From positions 256,001 to 320,000 of the forward strand of contig CAVPZX010000008.1 of the NCBI GenBank assembly GCA_963710375.1: 64,000 nt of DNA, written 5' to 3'. Both the position numbers and the translations under genes were made by a program. Source of the stretch: Nitrospirota bacterium (lineage in GTDB: Bacteria > Nitrospirota > Thermodesulfovibrionia > Thermodesulfovibrionales > Dissulfurispiraceae). Below, in pieces: positions 50,337 through 61,183 of the stretch; position 1 is the first letter of the stretch, and each line of letters starts with the position of its first letter. The notes beneath the pieces are model-generated. The model was given only the letters and a program-made list of their open reading frames with translations, did not search any database and was not told where the DNA came from.

Positions 50337-51380
50337 ATGAAAGAGATCAGGACCCTGGTGGTTGACGACAGTCCCTTTGCGCGGGAGCTGATCATGGATA
50401 TTCTATCCACCGACAAGGAGATAAGGGTGGTGGGGGAGGCGGCAAACGGCCTGGAGGCGACGCAGAAGGTCAGAGATTTAAAACCTGACATTGTGACTAT
50501 CGACATCGAGATGCCGGTAATGAACGGCATTGACGCTATTGAAGAGATCATGGCCAACAATGCGGTCCCCATACTGGTCGTCACAACCAGCGGAGACGCC
50601 AAGACTGCCTATGATGCCATTTCCCATGGAGCGTTAGACCTGGTGATGAAACCCGACGTAAGCAGGGAGGGGGCCAGGGAATTTATCGACAAGATTAAAC
50701 TCCTTTCAAGGATTAAGGTCATTACCCATATCAGCAAGAGAGCCATGAGGGAAGCAAAGCACGTAAAGAAGTTCTCATTTGCGGGCGGAGAAATGGACAG
50801 GACAGTGGCTATCGCTGCTTCCACCGGAGGGCCGGAAGCTCTTTCACTTATTCTTTCTTCCCTGCCCGCAGGTTTCCCCTGTCCGGTAGTTATTGCCCAG
50901 CACATATCTGACGGTTTTGTTGACGGAATGGCTAAATGGCTCGGTAAACTGTCGAAGCTCAATGTCAAGTCCCCTGCCGACGGAGAACCGTTGCTCCCCG
51001 GCACTGTCTATATAGCCCCGTCAGAGAAGCACATGGAAATAACCGTCGCAAAAACCATTACATTGGCGGAAAGACAGGATAAGGACATCTACCATCCTTC
51101 CTGCGACAGATTGCTATTCTCTGTGGCCCGGGTCTTTGGCTCCAGAGGTATAGGAGTGATTCTCACCGGCATGGGCAGCGACGGTGTGCGCGGCATGGAG
51201 AAAATCAAGAAAGCTGGAGGGATCACCATAGCGCAGGACCAAAAAACCTCTGTTGTCTTTGGGATGCCGAAGATAGCCATCGAAAGCGGCTGCATTGACA
51301 AGGTGCTGCCCATCGAGAGAATAAGCAGCGAGATCGTAAACATCTTGAGCGGGGCTGCAGAGGAGTGGAAGAGACGATGA
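50337..51380 (+). CDS. cheB: Chemotaxis methylesterase response regulator
   Basis: REC domain plus AASTGGP, AQHI, LTGMGSDG and VFGMP. Confidence 0.96.
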   Translation: MKEIRTLVVDDSPFARELIMDILSTDKEIRVVGEAANGLEATQKVRDLKPDIVTIDIEMPVMNGIDAIEEIMANNAVPILVVTTSGDAKTAYDAISHGALDLVMKPDVSREGAREFIDKIKLLSRIKVITHISKRAMREAKHVKKFSFAGGEMDRTVAIAASTGGPEALSLILSSLPAGFPCPVVIAQHISDGFVDGMAKWLGKLSKLNVKSPADGEPLLPGTVYIAPSEKHMEITVAKTITLAERQDKDIYHPSCDRLLFSVARVFGSRGIGVILTGMGSDGVRGMEKIKKAGGITIAQDQKTSVVFGMPKIAIESGCIDKVLPIERISSEIVNILSGAAEEWKRR

Positions 51381-52867
51381 GTATGAACCTGATCCCCTTC
51401 AAGAACCTTATCAGGGACAGATGCGGCCTGCACTTTGAAGATGTGCGGACAGCGTCCCTTTCCGAGGGCATCAGGAATAGGATGGAACAAAAGGGGATGA
51501 GCTCATACCCGAACTATTTGGATTGCCTGGTGTATGACCAGGACGAGTTCCAATGCCTTGTGAACCTCCTAACCGTGAACGAGACATATTTTTTCAGGGA
51601 GCCGGGCCACCTGCAACTTTTAACCGATCGTGTAATCCCGGAGTTGTTAGCCACAAAAAAAACCGGGGATAAGATTCGGATCATCAGCGCCGGATGCTCC
51701 ACAGGTGAAGAACCCTATTCCCTGGTCATTGCGGTCATGGAGAAGTACGGTGCAGCCGCGAATGCATTCTGTACAGTCATCGGAGCGGACATCGATGGCG
51801 ATGCCGTGTGCAAGGCTGAAAAAGGAGTCTACAATACACTTTCCTTTCGGGGTCTTAGTGATGACCTCCGGGAGCGGTATTTTGAACCTATGCCAGGCAA
51901 CCAACACCGTATCAAAGACTTTATAAGAGAAAGAGTGGAATTCAGAAGGCTTAACCTGCTAAGTGACGACTACCCGTCTGAATTCAGTGGAGCAGATGTT
52001 ATTTTCTACCGGAACGTTTCGATCTATTTCGAGCCTGATGTGCAGAAACATATTTTTACCAAACTGGCGGGTATCCTTAATGAAAACGGTTATCTTTTCG
52101 TCAGTTCCACCGAGACACTTTCTCACAATATCGGGGTCCTTTCCCTGGTAGAGATCAACGGGATATTCCTCTACGAAAAACATATAGAGATATGTCTAGA
52201 TGAAAGGCGAAGGCAACATGCGCCAAAAGAGAAGAAGGAAGTCGTGCGGGAGAGGCCGGAGCGGAAATCTCCCCCCGGCAACGCTGGTGCTGCAGAGCGA
52301 AAAAAGGCTTTGACCTCTGTCCTCACTAGAAGTGATGACAGGAGAAAGGACAGTCCTTCGCTCTTTGACAATGTCTTGTCCCTTGCTAAGGAAAAAAGGT
52401 ACGAAGAGGCCTTGGAGAAGACAGAATCCCTCATCGGTCAGGACCCGACCTTTGTAAAGGCTTATTCGCTGAAAGCAGGTATCCTTATCAATATGAAGCG
52501 CCTGGAAGAGGCAGAGGCTGTCTGTTTAATGGGTATCGCCAAGGACCTCTGGTGTCTGGAAGCATATCTTCTTTTGGGGCTCATCTCCAGGATACGGAAC
52601 GATGAGGAAAGCGCTCTCAAGAGATTCAAGGAGGCCCTTTACATTCAGTCGTCCTGCTGGCTGGCCCATTTTTATCTGGCGGACATCCATGCCTCCCGCG
52701 GTGAAGTGGAGAAGGCATGCCGCGAATATGAGATTGTTATAAAGCTGCTGACAAAGGGGGACGTGGCAGACCACGGCCTCACTTTTTTCCCCCTGTCGTT
52801 TCCTGCAGAAAACATGGCGCATCTCTGCAGGCATAACCTGACTGAACTGAGAAAAAGACTGCAGTAA
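51377..52867 (+). CDS. cheR: CheR methyltransferase with C-terminal TPR (WspC-like)
   Basis: TVNETYFFRE, SAGCSTGEEPYS, DVIFYRNVSIYF and TPR tail. Confidence 0.95.
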   Translation: MSMNLIPFKNLIRDRCGLHFEDVRTASLSEGIRNRMEQKGMSSYPNYLDCLVYDQDEFQCLVNLLTVNETYFFREPGHLQLLTDRVIPELLATKKTGDKIRIISAGCSTGEEPYSLVIAVMEKYGAAANAFCTVIGADIDGDAVCKAEKGVYNTLSFRGLSDDLRERYFEPMPGNQHRIKDFIRERVEFRRLNLLSDDYPSEFSGADVIFYRNVSIYFEPDVQKHIFTKLAGILNENGYLFVSSTETLSHNIGVLSLVEINGIFLYEKHIEICLDERRRQHAPKEKKEVVRERPERKSPPGNAGAAERKKALTSVLTRSDDRRKDSPSLFDNVLSLAKEKRYEEALEKTESLIGQDPTFVKAYSLKAGILINMKRLEEAEAVCLMGIAKDLWCLEAYLLLGLISRIRNDEESALKRFKEALYIQSSCWLAHFYLADIHASRGEVEKACREYEIVIKLLTKGDVADHGLTFFPLSFPAENMAHLCRHNLTELRKRLQ

Positions 52868-52879
52868 AGGGGAGCTTTC

Positions 52880-55162
52880 ATGGCTTTGGATATGGCTAAA
52901 TTTCTCGCGCGTTTCGTTGAAGAGGCGCGAGACCACGTGACGAAGCTCAATGAAGGCCTTGTGCGTCTCGAAAAAGACCCGGAGGACGCGGAGACTACCA
53001 ACGCCATCTTTCGCTCGGCCCACACCATAAAGGGGTCTGCCCGGATGATGAAGCTGGCCCCCATATCGGACGTGGCCCATAAGATAGAAGATTGCCTGGG
53101 TGCGGTGCGGGAAAAGAAAATTTCTTATTCGCAGGAACTTGCGGACCTCCTTTTCAAAGGTATAGACACCATCTCGGAGATGATAGAGAAGACTGCTGCA
53201 GGGCAGGAACTTACCATGGACAATGCGACCCTTTGCGAGGAATTAATGAGAGCTGCAGAGGGTCAGCCTCTGTCAGGGGACGCGGTCGCTATGCCCGCGG
53301 AAAAAAAAGCAGAGACATTGACCGTCTCAACTCAGCCTTTTCAGGCAGCAGAAGCGGCCCCTCCTGTTCCTGGAACTCCTCCTTCGGGCACGTCAGCGAC
53401 ACCACCTCCTGCCAGTGCTCCTGAGACCGCAATTCAGCAGAAAACGAAGGAGATGACAGGTGAGAGCGTTCGAATCAATGCGGAGAAACTGGATGATCTC
53501 ATCAAGCTCATGGGAGAAATCGTCTCCAACCAGAACCGTCTGAAGCAGCGACTGCGGGACGTGAAAGAGCTGGAAGCGGTTGCGCAGCGCCACGCGAAAT
53601 TCGTCACGAAGCTTGAAAGTGATAATAATTCCGGTTCCGGGAAGGAGATAGTGTCGACGACCAACTCTCTTTTCAGCAAGATAAAACAGCTCGTATTTAA
53701 TGTAAGGAACGATACCGTAATACAGGAGTTTCTTACAGAGGAGCTCCAGGAAAAGGCGCTGATGCTGAGAATGGTCCCCCTTTCCACGGTCTTTGATTCT
53801 TTCGGACGGATGATGAGGGACATCAGCCGGTCACTTGGAAAAGAGATCGATTTTCTTGTGGAGGGAGGAGATATCGAACTGGATAAAAAAATGGTGGAGA
53901 AGCTGGGTGACCCTCTCGTCCATATGCTCAGGAATTCTGTTGACCATGGTGTCGAGACCGGGGAGGAGAGGATCAGGGCCGGAAAGACCGCGAAAGGAAT
54001 GGTAAGGCTTTCGGCATCTTACGATGCGGGAAGTGTCCTGATCGAATTGACCGATGATGGCCGGGGCATTTCTCTCGAAAAGATCAGGGAAAAGGCGCTC
54101 AAGAAAAATATGTCCACTCGCGAGGAGCTGGACGTCATGCCGGAAGCGGATCTCATCGATTTTATCTTCCATCCGGGGTTCAGCACGAGTCCCATTATTA
54201 CCGATATGTCCGGACGGGGCGTTGGTTTGGACGTGGTAAAACGTAATATTGTGGAGGAACTCCGGGGCACAGTCAACATCGAAACAAGGGATGGTTATGG
54301 CACTGCATTTTTCATCAGGCTTCCTTTGACACTAGCAGTCATGCGTATCCTCCTTGTCAATGCTTCGGGTATGCCTTTTGCCATCACCTCTCACTACGTC
54401 TCCGAGATCATAAGGGCCTCGCTGGAAGACGTTATTACGGTAGTGGACAAGAAGGCGGTGCGTCTCCGTGAGGAACTCATACCTGTAACAAGGCTCGAAG
54501 ATCTTCTGAAACTTCCGTCAAGTGAGAAGAAAGCGGACCGGGACAAGGAAGGCGCGCTGATCATTATTGTGCGTGTAGGAAACGAGAAAGTCGGGCTCAT
54601 AGTGGACAATATTTTGGACGAGGAGAACATGGTGATCAAGTCGCTGCCTACCCACATGCGGAACATCCCTCTGGTCTCAGGCCTTACCCTGTCAGGGAAG
54701 AACGAGATCATCAATGTACTGAATATCCCTGCCGTGATCGATGCGGCCAGGGAAATCCGCGAGGCAAAGGTTTCCAAAGAGGCTGTGGGCAAGGAGCGCA
54801 TCAGTATCCTTGTAGTGGACGATTCCATGAACACGCGGGAAATCGAGCAGAATATCCTTGAAGCATACGGGTACAAAGTCACTCTGGCCGGGGATGGCAT
54901 AGAGGCACTAGAAAAGACAAAGGAGTTCGCCTACGACCTCATCATCACCGATGTCGAGATGCCCCGTCTCGACGGTTTTTCCCTTACGGAAAGGCTGCGG
55001 GCCAGCGAGGAATACAAAAGCACCCCCATTATCATTGTCACATCAAGGGAGAAGGAAGAGGACAAACGGCGCGGCATAATGGTGGGCGCCGATGCATATA
55101 TTGTAAAAGGCGCTTTCGACCAGTCCAATCTGCTGGAGACGGTACAGAACCTTGTGGGATAA
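52880..55162 (+). CDS. cheA: Hybrid CheA kinase (Hpt-dimerisation-HATPase-CheW-REC; WspE-like)
   Basis: FRSAHTIKG, HMLRNSVDHG, DDGRG, SGRGVGLDVV and C-terminal REC. Confidence 0.96.
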   Translation: MALDMAKFLARFVEEARDHVTKLNEGLVRLEKDPEDAETTNAIFRSAHTIKGSARMMKLAPISDVAHKIEDCLGAVREKKISYSQELADLLFKGIDTISEMIEKTAAGQELTMDNATLCEELMRAAEGQPLSGDAVAMPAEKKAETLTVSTQPFQAAEAAPPVPGTPPSGTSATPPPASAPETAIQQKTKEMTGESVRINAEKLDDLIKLMGEIVSNQNRLKQRLRDVKELEAVAQRHAKFVTKLESDNNSGSGKEIVSTTNSLFSKIKQLVFNVRNDTVIQEFLTEELQEKALMLRMVPLSTVFDSFGRMMRDISRSLGKEIDFLVEGGDIELDKKMVEKLGDPLVHMLRNSVDHGVETGEERIRAGKTAKGMVRLSASYDAGSVLIELTDDGRGISLEKIREKALKKNMSTREELDVMPEADLIDFIFHPGFSTSPIITDMSGRGVGLDVVKRNIVEELRGTVNIETRDGYGTAFFIRLPLTLAVMRILLVNASGMPFAITSHYVSEIIRASLEDVITVVDKKAVRLREELIPVTRLEDLLKLPSSEKKADRDKEGALIIIVRVGNEKVGLIVDNILDEENMVIKSLPTHMRNIPLVSGLTLSGKNEIINVLNIPAVIDAAREIREAKVSKEAVGKERISILVVDDSMNTREIEQNILEAYGYKVTLAGDGIEALEKTKEFAYDLIITDVEMPRLDGFSLTERLRASEEYKSTPIIIVTSREKEEDKRRGIMVGADAYIVKGAFDQSNLLETVQNLVG

Positions 55163-55191
55163 AAAATATTTTTGAGCATACGGGAGAGACT

Positions 55192-56367
55192 ATGGGACCG
55201 GAAAAAACAACGATTCTTGTGGTGGATGACGATTCCTTTGTGAGAGAGATGCTGTGCATGATTCTCGAGACCAGCGGCTATGCCGTTGCAACTGCCGAAA
55301 ACGGTGCTGCCGCCTTTCACCAATGTGTCGGAGGGCAGAGGACCGACCTCATCGTCTCTGACATGAACATGCCGCAGATGAATGGTCTTGAGCTTATCCG
55401 CAAGCTTCGCGAAAACAACATAGACACGCCGCTTATTATTCTTACCGGCAATAACGAGATATCGGTGGCGGTGGAGGCACTTAACAGCGGCGCCACCGAT
55501 TATCTTCTGAAGGACGAGAACATCCAGGACACAGTTATCCTCTCGGTGGAGAAGTCCCTGGAGAAATACAGGCTCAAAAAGCAGAACATCCAGTTGCTGG
55601 AAGACCTGGCCGCCAAGAACTGCGAACTTGAGGCTTCAAACAAACAACTCATTTACCTGGACAACCTGAAAAACAAGTTTTTGGGCATCGCGGCCCACGA
55701 CCTGCGCAACCCGCTGACCTCTATCAGAGGCCTCAGCGAAATCCTTATCGGCGAAGCCTTCGGTCCGCTGACTGCGGACCAGAAAGAATATCTAACCGTC
55801 ATCAACACAACATCGGACGAGATGCTTTCGCTGGTGAATGACTTGCTGGATGTTTCGGTCATCGAGAGCGGAAAGCTCGAACTGCACACCACCCCCGGTT
55901 CTCTAAAAGATACGCTGGAAGCGAGAGTGAAGATAATTACGGTGATTGCTGACAGAAAAGGGATTTTGATCGAAGCAAACCTTGCTCCTGTTCCTGACGT
56001 TGTCTTCGACAGCAACCGCATCAGTCAGGTCATCGACAACCTGGTGAGCAATGCAATCAAATTCTCGCCGGCAAACTCCACAATCCGTATCACCCTGGCA
56101 GAGGCCGGAAACGGCGTAAGGGTGAGCGTTAGAGATGAGGGTCCCGGAATACCTCCTGAAGACCGCGCCAGGCTCTTCAAAGAGTTTCAGCGACTGAGCG
56201 CTCAGCCAACCGCGGGTGAGAAAACCACCGGCCTGGGGCTGGCCATTGTCAAGAAGATTGTTGACGCACACGGTGGCAGCCTGGAGGTGGAAAGCGAAGT
56301 GGGCAGGGGTTCGATCTTCAGTTTTACAATACCGCTGAAGCGCAGCGGAGGAGATTTGAAACTTTGA
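55192..56367 (+). CDS. Hybrid response regulator-histidine kinase (REC-HisKA-HATPase)
   Basis: VSDMNMP, AAHDLRNPL, NLVSNAIKF, DEGPG and GLGL. Confidence 0.93.
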   Translation: MGPEKTTILVVDDDSFVREMLCMILETSGYAVATAENGAAAFHQCVGGQRTDLIVSDMNMPQMNGLELIRKLRENNIDTPLIILTGNNEISVAVEALNSGATDYLLKDENIQDTVILSVEKSLEKYRLKKQNIQLLEDLAAKNCELEASNKQLIYLDNLKNKFLGIAAHDLRNPLTSIRGLSEILIGEAFGPLTADQKEYLTVINTTSDEMLSLVNDLLDVSVIESGKLELHTTPGSLKDTLEARVKIITVIADRKGILIEANLAPVPDVVFDSNRISQVIDNLVSNAIKFSPANSTIRITLAEAGNGVRVSVRDEGPGIPPEDRARLFKEFQRLSAQPTAGEKTTGLGLAIVKKIVDAHGGSLEVESEVGRGSIFSFTIPLKRSGGDLKL

Positions 56368-58037
56368 GCAGACCATCCATAAAGGACCAACTGAACAAAC
56401 TGCGCGAAGCATACGCTTCGCAGCTTCCTGAAAAAATCAGCAGGATCGAGAAGGACTGGGTTGCTTTGCAAGAGCACACGGACAATGCTGAAGGGACCAG
56501 GGCGCTGCTCCTTGCAGTTCATACGCTCAACGGATCTGCCGCTTCTTTCGGTTTTAAGGAAGTGAGCATTGCGGCCCGTGAACTCGAATCGGAACTGAAG
56601 ACCGTGGTGGAGAAGGGCTGCCTGGCCCGGGACATTCTCGATCTTCCGTTGGCAACGTATATAGAGAAAATGCGCTCTGCCTGTTCCGCCAAAGTAGACG
56701 CTGCGGCCCAGGATATGACGGTAATATACGAGGATGCTGAAACTCAGCCCCTTGACGAAGACGACGATAATATCCGGGAGCCGAAGATAGTATTTCTCGT
56801 AGAAGACGATCTCTCTGTTCTGGAAAGCCTGAGCATGCAGATAGGCCATTTCGGCTATGAGGTGAAGACTTTTTCCGACCTCGCTCCGTTAAAGAAGGAA
56901 CTGCAACAAACCGAACCTTCTGCCATAATCATGGATATGGTCTTTCCGGAAGGCAGCCTGGCAGGCGCCGAGACTATAACAACCATACAGGAAGGCAGGG
57001 AAACCAAAGTCCCGGTAGTCTTCATCTCGGTGCGTAATGATTTCGATGCCCGCCTGCAGGCGGTGCGGGCCGGTGGGGACGCTTATTTCCTCAAGCCGGT
57101 CAGCGTCGGTTCCCTTATCGACAAACTGGATGCAATCACCAGGAAAGAAGTGATAGAGCCCTACCGCATCCTGATTATTGACGATGACGTTGACCTCACC
57201 TCCTTCTATTCCCTGATTCTCCAGGAAGCAGGAATGGCGACCTGCGAGGTGAATAATCCGAGGGAGGCGCTCGCCGCTATCACAAAATTCAACCCGGACC
57301 TCATTTTGATGGATGTATATATGCCGGAGTGCAGCGGACAGGAGCTGGCAACAATGATCCGGGCCATGGACACATATGTGAGTATTCCCATAGTCTACCT
57401 TTCGGGAGAGACTGACCTTGAGAAGCAGATGTCCGCCATGAGAATGGGAGGTGACGACTTCCTTACCAAGCCAATCGAGCCTGCGCATCTCATCTCGTCA
57501 GTGTGCACGCGGGCTGAGCGCATGCGCATCATCCGCTCGCACATGGACAGGGACAGCCTCACCTCTCTTTTGAACCACACGAAGACCAGGGAGCAACTGG
57601 ACATAGCCATGGACAGGGCCCGCAGACATGGCGGCAGCCTTTCCTTTGCCATGATCGACATCGATCATTTCAAGGAAGTGAATGACGCGTATGGACATCC
57701 GACCGGGGACAGGGTCATCATGAGCCTTGCCAGGCTGCTCCAGCAGCGTCTGCGCAAGACAGACGTGGTAGGCCGCTACGGCGGCGAGGAATTCGCTGTG
57801 ATAATGAACGATACCGGGGCATCCAACGCGGCCAAAGTTCTGGATGCCATCCGCATCAGCTTTTCCCGGATCAGGAACATGGCTGATGGCCGGGAGTTCT
57901 CGGTCACCTTTAGTTGCGGCATCGCATCTTTCTCAGGCCATGGCGACGCCGCTGTCCTCACAAGCGCTGCAGACAACGCACTCTACGAGGCAAAACGCGG
58001 AGGCAGAAACCGCATTGTTCTAAGGGGTTCCGAATAA
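56364..58037 (+). CDS. Diguanylate cyclase, Hpt-REC-REC-GGDEF
   Basis: VHTLNGSAASFG (Hpt), two REC domains, RKTD I-site and GRYGGEEF. Confidence 0.93.
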   Translation: MSRPSIKDQLNKLREAYASQLPEKISRIEKDWVALQEHTDNAEGTRALLLAVHTLNGSAASFGFKEVSIAARELESELKTVVEKGCLARDILDLPLATYIEKMRSACSAKVDAAAQDMTVIYEDAETQPLDEDDDNIREPKIVFLVEDDLSVLESLSMQIGHFGYEVKTFSDLAPLKKELQQTEPSAIIMDMVFPEGSLAGAETITTIQEGRETKVPVVFISVRNDFDARLQAVRAGGDAYFLKPVSVGSLIDKLDAITRKEVIEPYRILIIDDDVDLTSFYSLILQEAGMATCEVNNPREALAAITKFNPDLILMDVYMPECSGQELATMIRAMDTYVSIPIVYLSGETDLEKQMSAMRMGGDDFLTKPIEPAHLISSVCTRAERMRIIRSHMDRDSLTSLLNHTKTREQLDIAMDRARRHGGSLSFAMIDIDHFKEVNDAYGHPTGDRVIMSLARLLQQRLRKTDVVGRYGGEEFAVIMNDTGASNAAKVLDAIRISFSRIRNMADGREFSVTFSCGIASFSGHGDAAVLTSAADNALYEAKRGGRNRIVLRGSE

Positions 58038-58221
58038 ATAAATGGCACATTGATGCTTACAGCTCTGCCCTTTTGGGGCAAACGGTTCTTGATTGCTCAA
58101 TGACAAAAAGGTGATAATATAACATTCTATTTAATTAGCGGCATTAGGTATAACAGGAAGGAACAAAATTTGATCTCACATATTTTCTCTCTCCAGGCGT
58201 CAAAAAAAGAAGAAGGTTGTC

Positions 58222-59211
58222 ATGCCGGATAAACCAAAGTTAAGCATGTACTGGGCAGCATCGTGCGGTGGTTGTGAGATCGCCCTTGTAAACATCAACG
58301 AAAAAATACTGGACGTGGCCGCAGCCTTTGATTTCATGTTCTGCCCCTGCCTCATTGATACCAAGAAAAAAGACATTGAGGCAATGCCCGACAAGAGCAT
58401 AGCCATTACCCTTTTCAATGGGGCTATACGAACAGAGGAAAACCTGGAGATGGCGTGTCTCTTGAGGAAGAAATCCCGCTTCCTCATTGCATTCGGCTCC
58501 TGCTCCTATGAAGGGTGCATTCCAGGTCTCGGAAATCTCTCGACGAAAGCCGACGTTATGAAGACCGTTTACCTGGACAACGCCAGCATCGACAACCCTT
58601 CCGGGATCGTCCCCCAGCCGGTGACTCAGGTCCCCGAAGGCACTCTGCACCTGCCTGTTTTTTTTGATGTGGTTAAGACCCTCGCTCAGGTGACGGACGT
58701 CGATTATTTCATTCCGGGATGTCCTCCCGAGCCGCACCAGATATGGAACGTGGTGGAGGCGGTGGTCTCAGGCGATCCCCTGCCGCCCAAGGGGAGCGTT
58801 ATCGGAGCGGGTAAATCGTCAGTATGCGAGGAATGCGACCGGATTAAAGAGGACAAGAATATTGGAGGGTTGCGGAGGACTTACGAGTTCATCCCGGACT
58901 CGAAGCAGTGTCTCCTTGAGCAGGGATTGATCTGCATGGGCATCGCCACGCGGAACGGATGCGGCGCTCTCTGCCCCAAAGTTAATATGCCTTGCACGGG
59001 CTGCTACGGCCCGCCCGAAGGCGTGCCGGACCAGGGAGCAAAGATGATTGGGGCGCTGGGTTCCATCCTTGACATCGGTGACTTGAAGGGCCTCCAGGAA
59101 GAAGAAATTGATAAAAGGACCGACGCTATCATCGACGCGATCCCAGATTTAGCCGGGACATTCTACAAATATACTCTGCCCGGGTCGATTCTAAGAGGCA
59201 AGGTTTCATGA
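58222..59211 (+). CDS. mvhG: F420-non-reducing [NiFe] hydrogenase small subunit
   Basis: SCGGCE, AFGSC, IPGCPP, CEEC, CLLEQGLICMG and CTGCYGP. Confidence 0.9.
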   Translation: MPDKPKLSMYWAASCGGCEIALVNINEKILDVAAAFDFMFCPCLIDTKKKDIEAMPDKSIAITLFNGAIRTEENLEMACLLRKKSRFLIAFGSCSYEGCIPGLGNLSTKADVMKTVYLDNASIDNPSGIVPQPVTQVPEGTLHLPVFFDVVKTLAQVTDVDYFIPGCPPEPHQIWNVVEAVVSGDPLPPKGSVIGAGKSSVCEECDRIKEDKNIGGLRRTYEFIPDSKQCLLEQGLICMGIATRNGCGALCPKVNMPCTGCYGPPEGVPDQGAKMIGALGSILDIGDLKGLQEEEIDKRTDAIIDAIPDLAGTFYKYTLPGSILRGKVS

Positions 59212-60701
59212 AAAAAATCAGTATAGACCCCATTACAAGACTCGAGGGACATGGGAAGATCGAGATATTCCTGAACGACGAAGGGGATGTGGCAAATACC
59301 TACTTTCAGGTGCCTGAACTCAGAGGGTTTGAACAATTCTCTGTCGGAAGGATGGCAGAGGACATGCCGGTGATCACCAACAGGATATGCGGTGTCTGTC
59401 CCGAAGCCCACCATATGGCGTCTGTTAAGGCTTTGGACATGCTCTTCGATGTGGAGCCGCCGTCGGCTGCGAAAAAGATCAGAGAACTAGTCTACATGGC
59501 TTTTTATGTCACTGACCATACAACTCATTTCTATGCCCTGGGCGGACCGGACTTTATCGTCGGCCCCGATGCTCCCCCTTCGGAGAGGAACATCCTCGGC
59601 GTGATAAAAAAAGTCGGTATCGATATTGCGAGACAGGTTATCGATTGCAGGGCGAGGAACCATCATGTCATAGAGAAGCTGGGCGGCAGAGGAGTCCATC
59701 TCGTAGCCGGTGTTCCCGGAGGATGGAGCAAGCCGGTTTCCGAGGAGGAGCGGAAAGAGATTGAAGAGATCGCGAAAAAAAACATCGACTTCGCTCTCTT
59801 CTCTCTTAAAGCCTTCGATGACATAGTCCTGAAGAACCCGACCTACCTGGATCTGGTGACCTCAGACATTTATATGCACAAAACATATTACATGGGAACG
59901 GTCGATGAGAAGAACAGGGTCAATTTTTATGACGGTATGATACGAATTATAGATCCCGAAGGCAAGGAACTTGTTAAGTATCACCCTAAGGATTATGCGT
60001 CGCACATTGCGGAACACGTCGAGACCTGGACGTATCTCAAATACCCTTATATAAGGAAAATCGGCTGGAAGGGTTTTGTGGACGGCATGGACAGCGGCGT
60101 CTACGCTGCGAGTCCGCTGTCAAGGCTCAATGTTGCGGACCGTATGTCAACGCCAAAGGCTCAGGAGCATTTTGAGAGGATGTACGAGACATTCGGTTCC
60201 AGGAAGGTCAATGGCAGATACCAGCCGATACATCATCGTCTGGCAACGCATTGGGCAAGGCTGGTAGAGCTTCTTTATGCTGCCGAACACATGCTCGAAC
60301 TTGCAACAGACCCTGAGATCACCTCCCCAAATGTACGGACTATTCCAGGAAAGATCAAGGGTAAGGGCATAGGTTCAGTGGAGGCCCCGCGGGGGACACT
60401 GACTCACGATTATGAGTCGGACGAAAGGGGAGTTCTGACAAAAGTCAACTTGATTGTGGGCACGACCAATAATTATGCGCCTATGACAATGTCCATCAAA
60501 AGGGCTGCTGAAAAGCTTATCACCAAAGGAAGGGTAGTTGAAGAATCCCTCTTGAACAAGATCGAGATGGCCTTCAGGCTCTATGATCCCTGTCTTTCCT
60601 GCGCTACCCATTCCATGCCCGGAAAGATGCCCATGACGGTGAACTTGAGAAACCCGGATGGCCAAATTATCAGGACGTTCAAAAGAGAGGGACGCAGTTG
60701 A
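59208..60701 (+). CDS. mvhA: F420-non-reducing [NiFe] hydrogenase large subunit (group 3c-like)
   Basis: TRLEGH, L1 RICGVCPEAH, EAPRG, and L2 DPCLSCATH followed by a cleavable tail. Confidence 0.92.
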   Translation: MKKISIDPITRLEGHGKIEIFLNDEGDVANTYFQVPELRGFEQFSVGRMAEDMPVITNRICGVCPEAHHMASVKALDMLFDVEPPSAAKKIRELVYMAFYVTDHTTHFYALGGPDFIVGPDAPPSERNILGVIKKVGIDIARQVIDCRARNHHVIEKLGGRGVHLVAGVPGGWSKPVSEEERKEIEEIAKKNIDFALFSLKAFDDIVLKNPTYLDLVTSDIYMHKTYYMGTVDEKNRVNFYDGMIRIIDPEGKELVKYHPKDYASHIAEHVETWTYLKYPYIRKIGWKGFVDGMDSGVYAASPLSRLNVADRMSTPKAQEHFERMYETFGSRKVNGRYQPIHHRLATHWARLVELLYAAEHMLELATDPEITSPNVRTIPGKIKGKGIGSVEAPRGTLTHDYESDERGVLTKVNLIVGTTNNYAPMTMSIKRAAEKLITKGRVVEESLLNKIEMAFRLYDPCLSCATHSMPGKMPMTVNLRNPDGQIIRTFKREGRS

Positions 60702-61183
60702 AGACGATCGTCATCGGTCTCGGCAATCCCATCTTGTCTGATGATTCAGTGGGGGTGAGGATTGCGCGGGAGTTGAAGGAAAGAATTGAAAGCGCCGGAC
60801 AAAGCGATGTGGAAGTCATAGAAATGTATGCGGGAGGTATCCGTCTAATGGACGCGATGGCGGGTTACGATAGGGCCGTAATAATCGACTCCATGGTAAC
60901 GGGTGTGGAGAGGCCGGGGACTCTGCTGCGACTTTCGCTTTCCGATCTGGTAACCACTCGGAATACCCTGTCGGTGCACGACATGGATCTGCCCACAGCA
61001 CTCGAGATGGGGAGGATGCTGGGTATGCCCATTCCCTCTGAGGTTGTCATCTGGGGGATTGAGGCAAAAGACGTGGAAAACTTTGGTGAGGAACTTACAG
61101 CAGAGGTTGAGGCATCATTGTCCAGTACCATCGAGATCATCGAAGAAGATTTGAATTTTTCTGTACGGCAGGGAGCATTTTAA
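60698..61183 (+). CDS. Hydrogenase maturation protease
   Basis: IGLGNPILSDDSVG, IIDS and SVHD. Confidence 0.93.
   Translation: MKTIVIGLGNPILSDDSVGVRIARELKERIESAGQSDVEVIEMYAGGIRLMDAMAGYDRAVIIDSMVTGVERPGTLLRLSLSDLVTTRNTLSVHDMDLPTALEMGRMLGMPIPSEVVIWGIEAKDVENFGEELTAEVEASLSSTIEIIEEDLNFSVRQGAF

Noticed and set aside
58043..58057. Sigma-54 promoter for the hydrogenase operon (TGGCACATTGATGCT)
   Set aside because: GG and GC are separated by 9 nt rather than the required 10.
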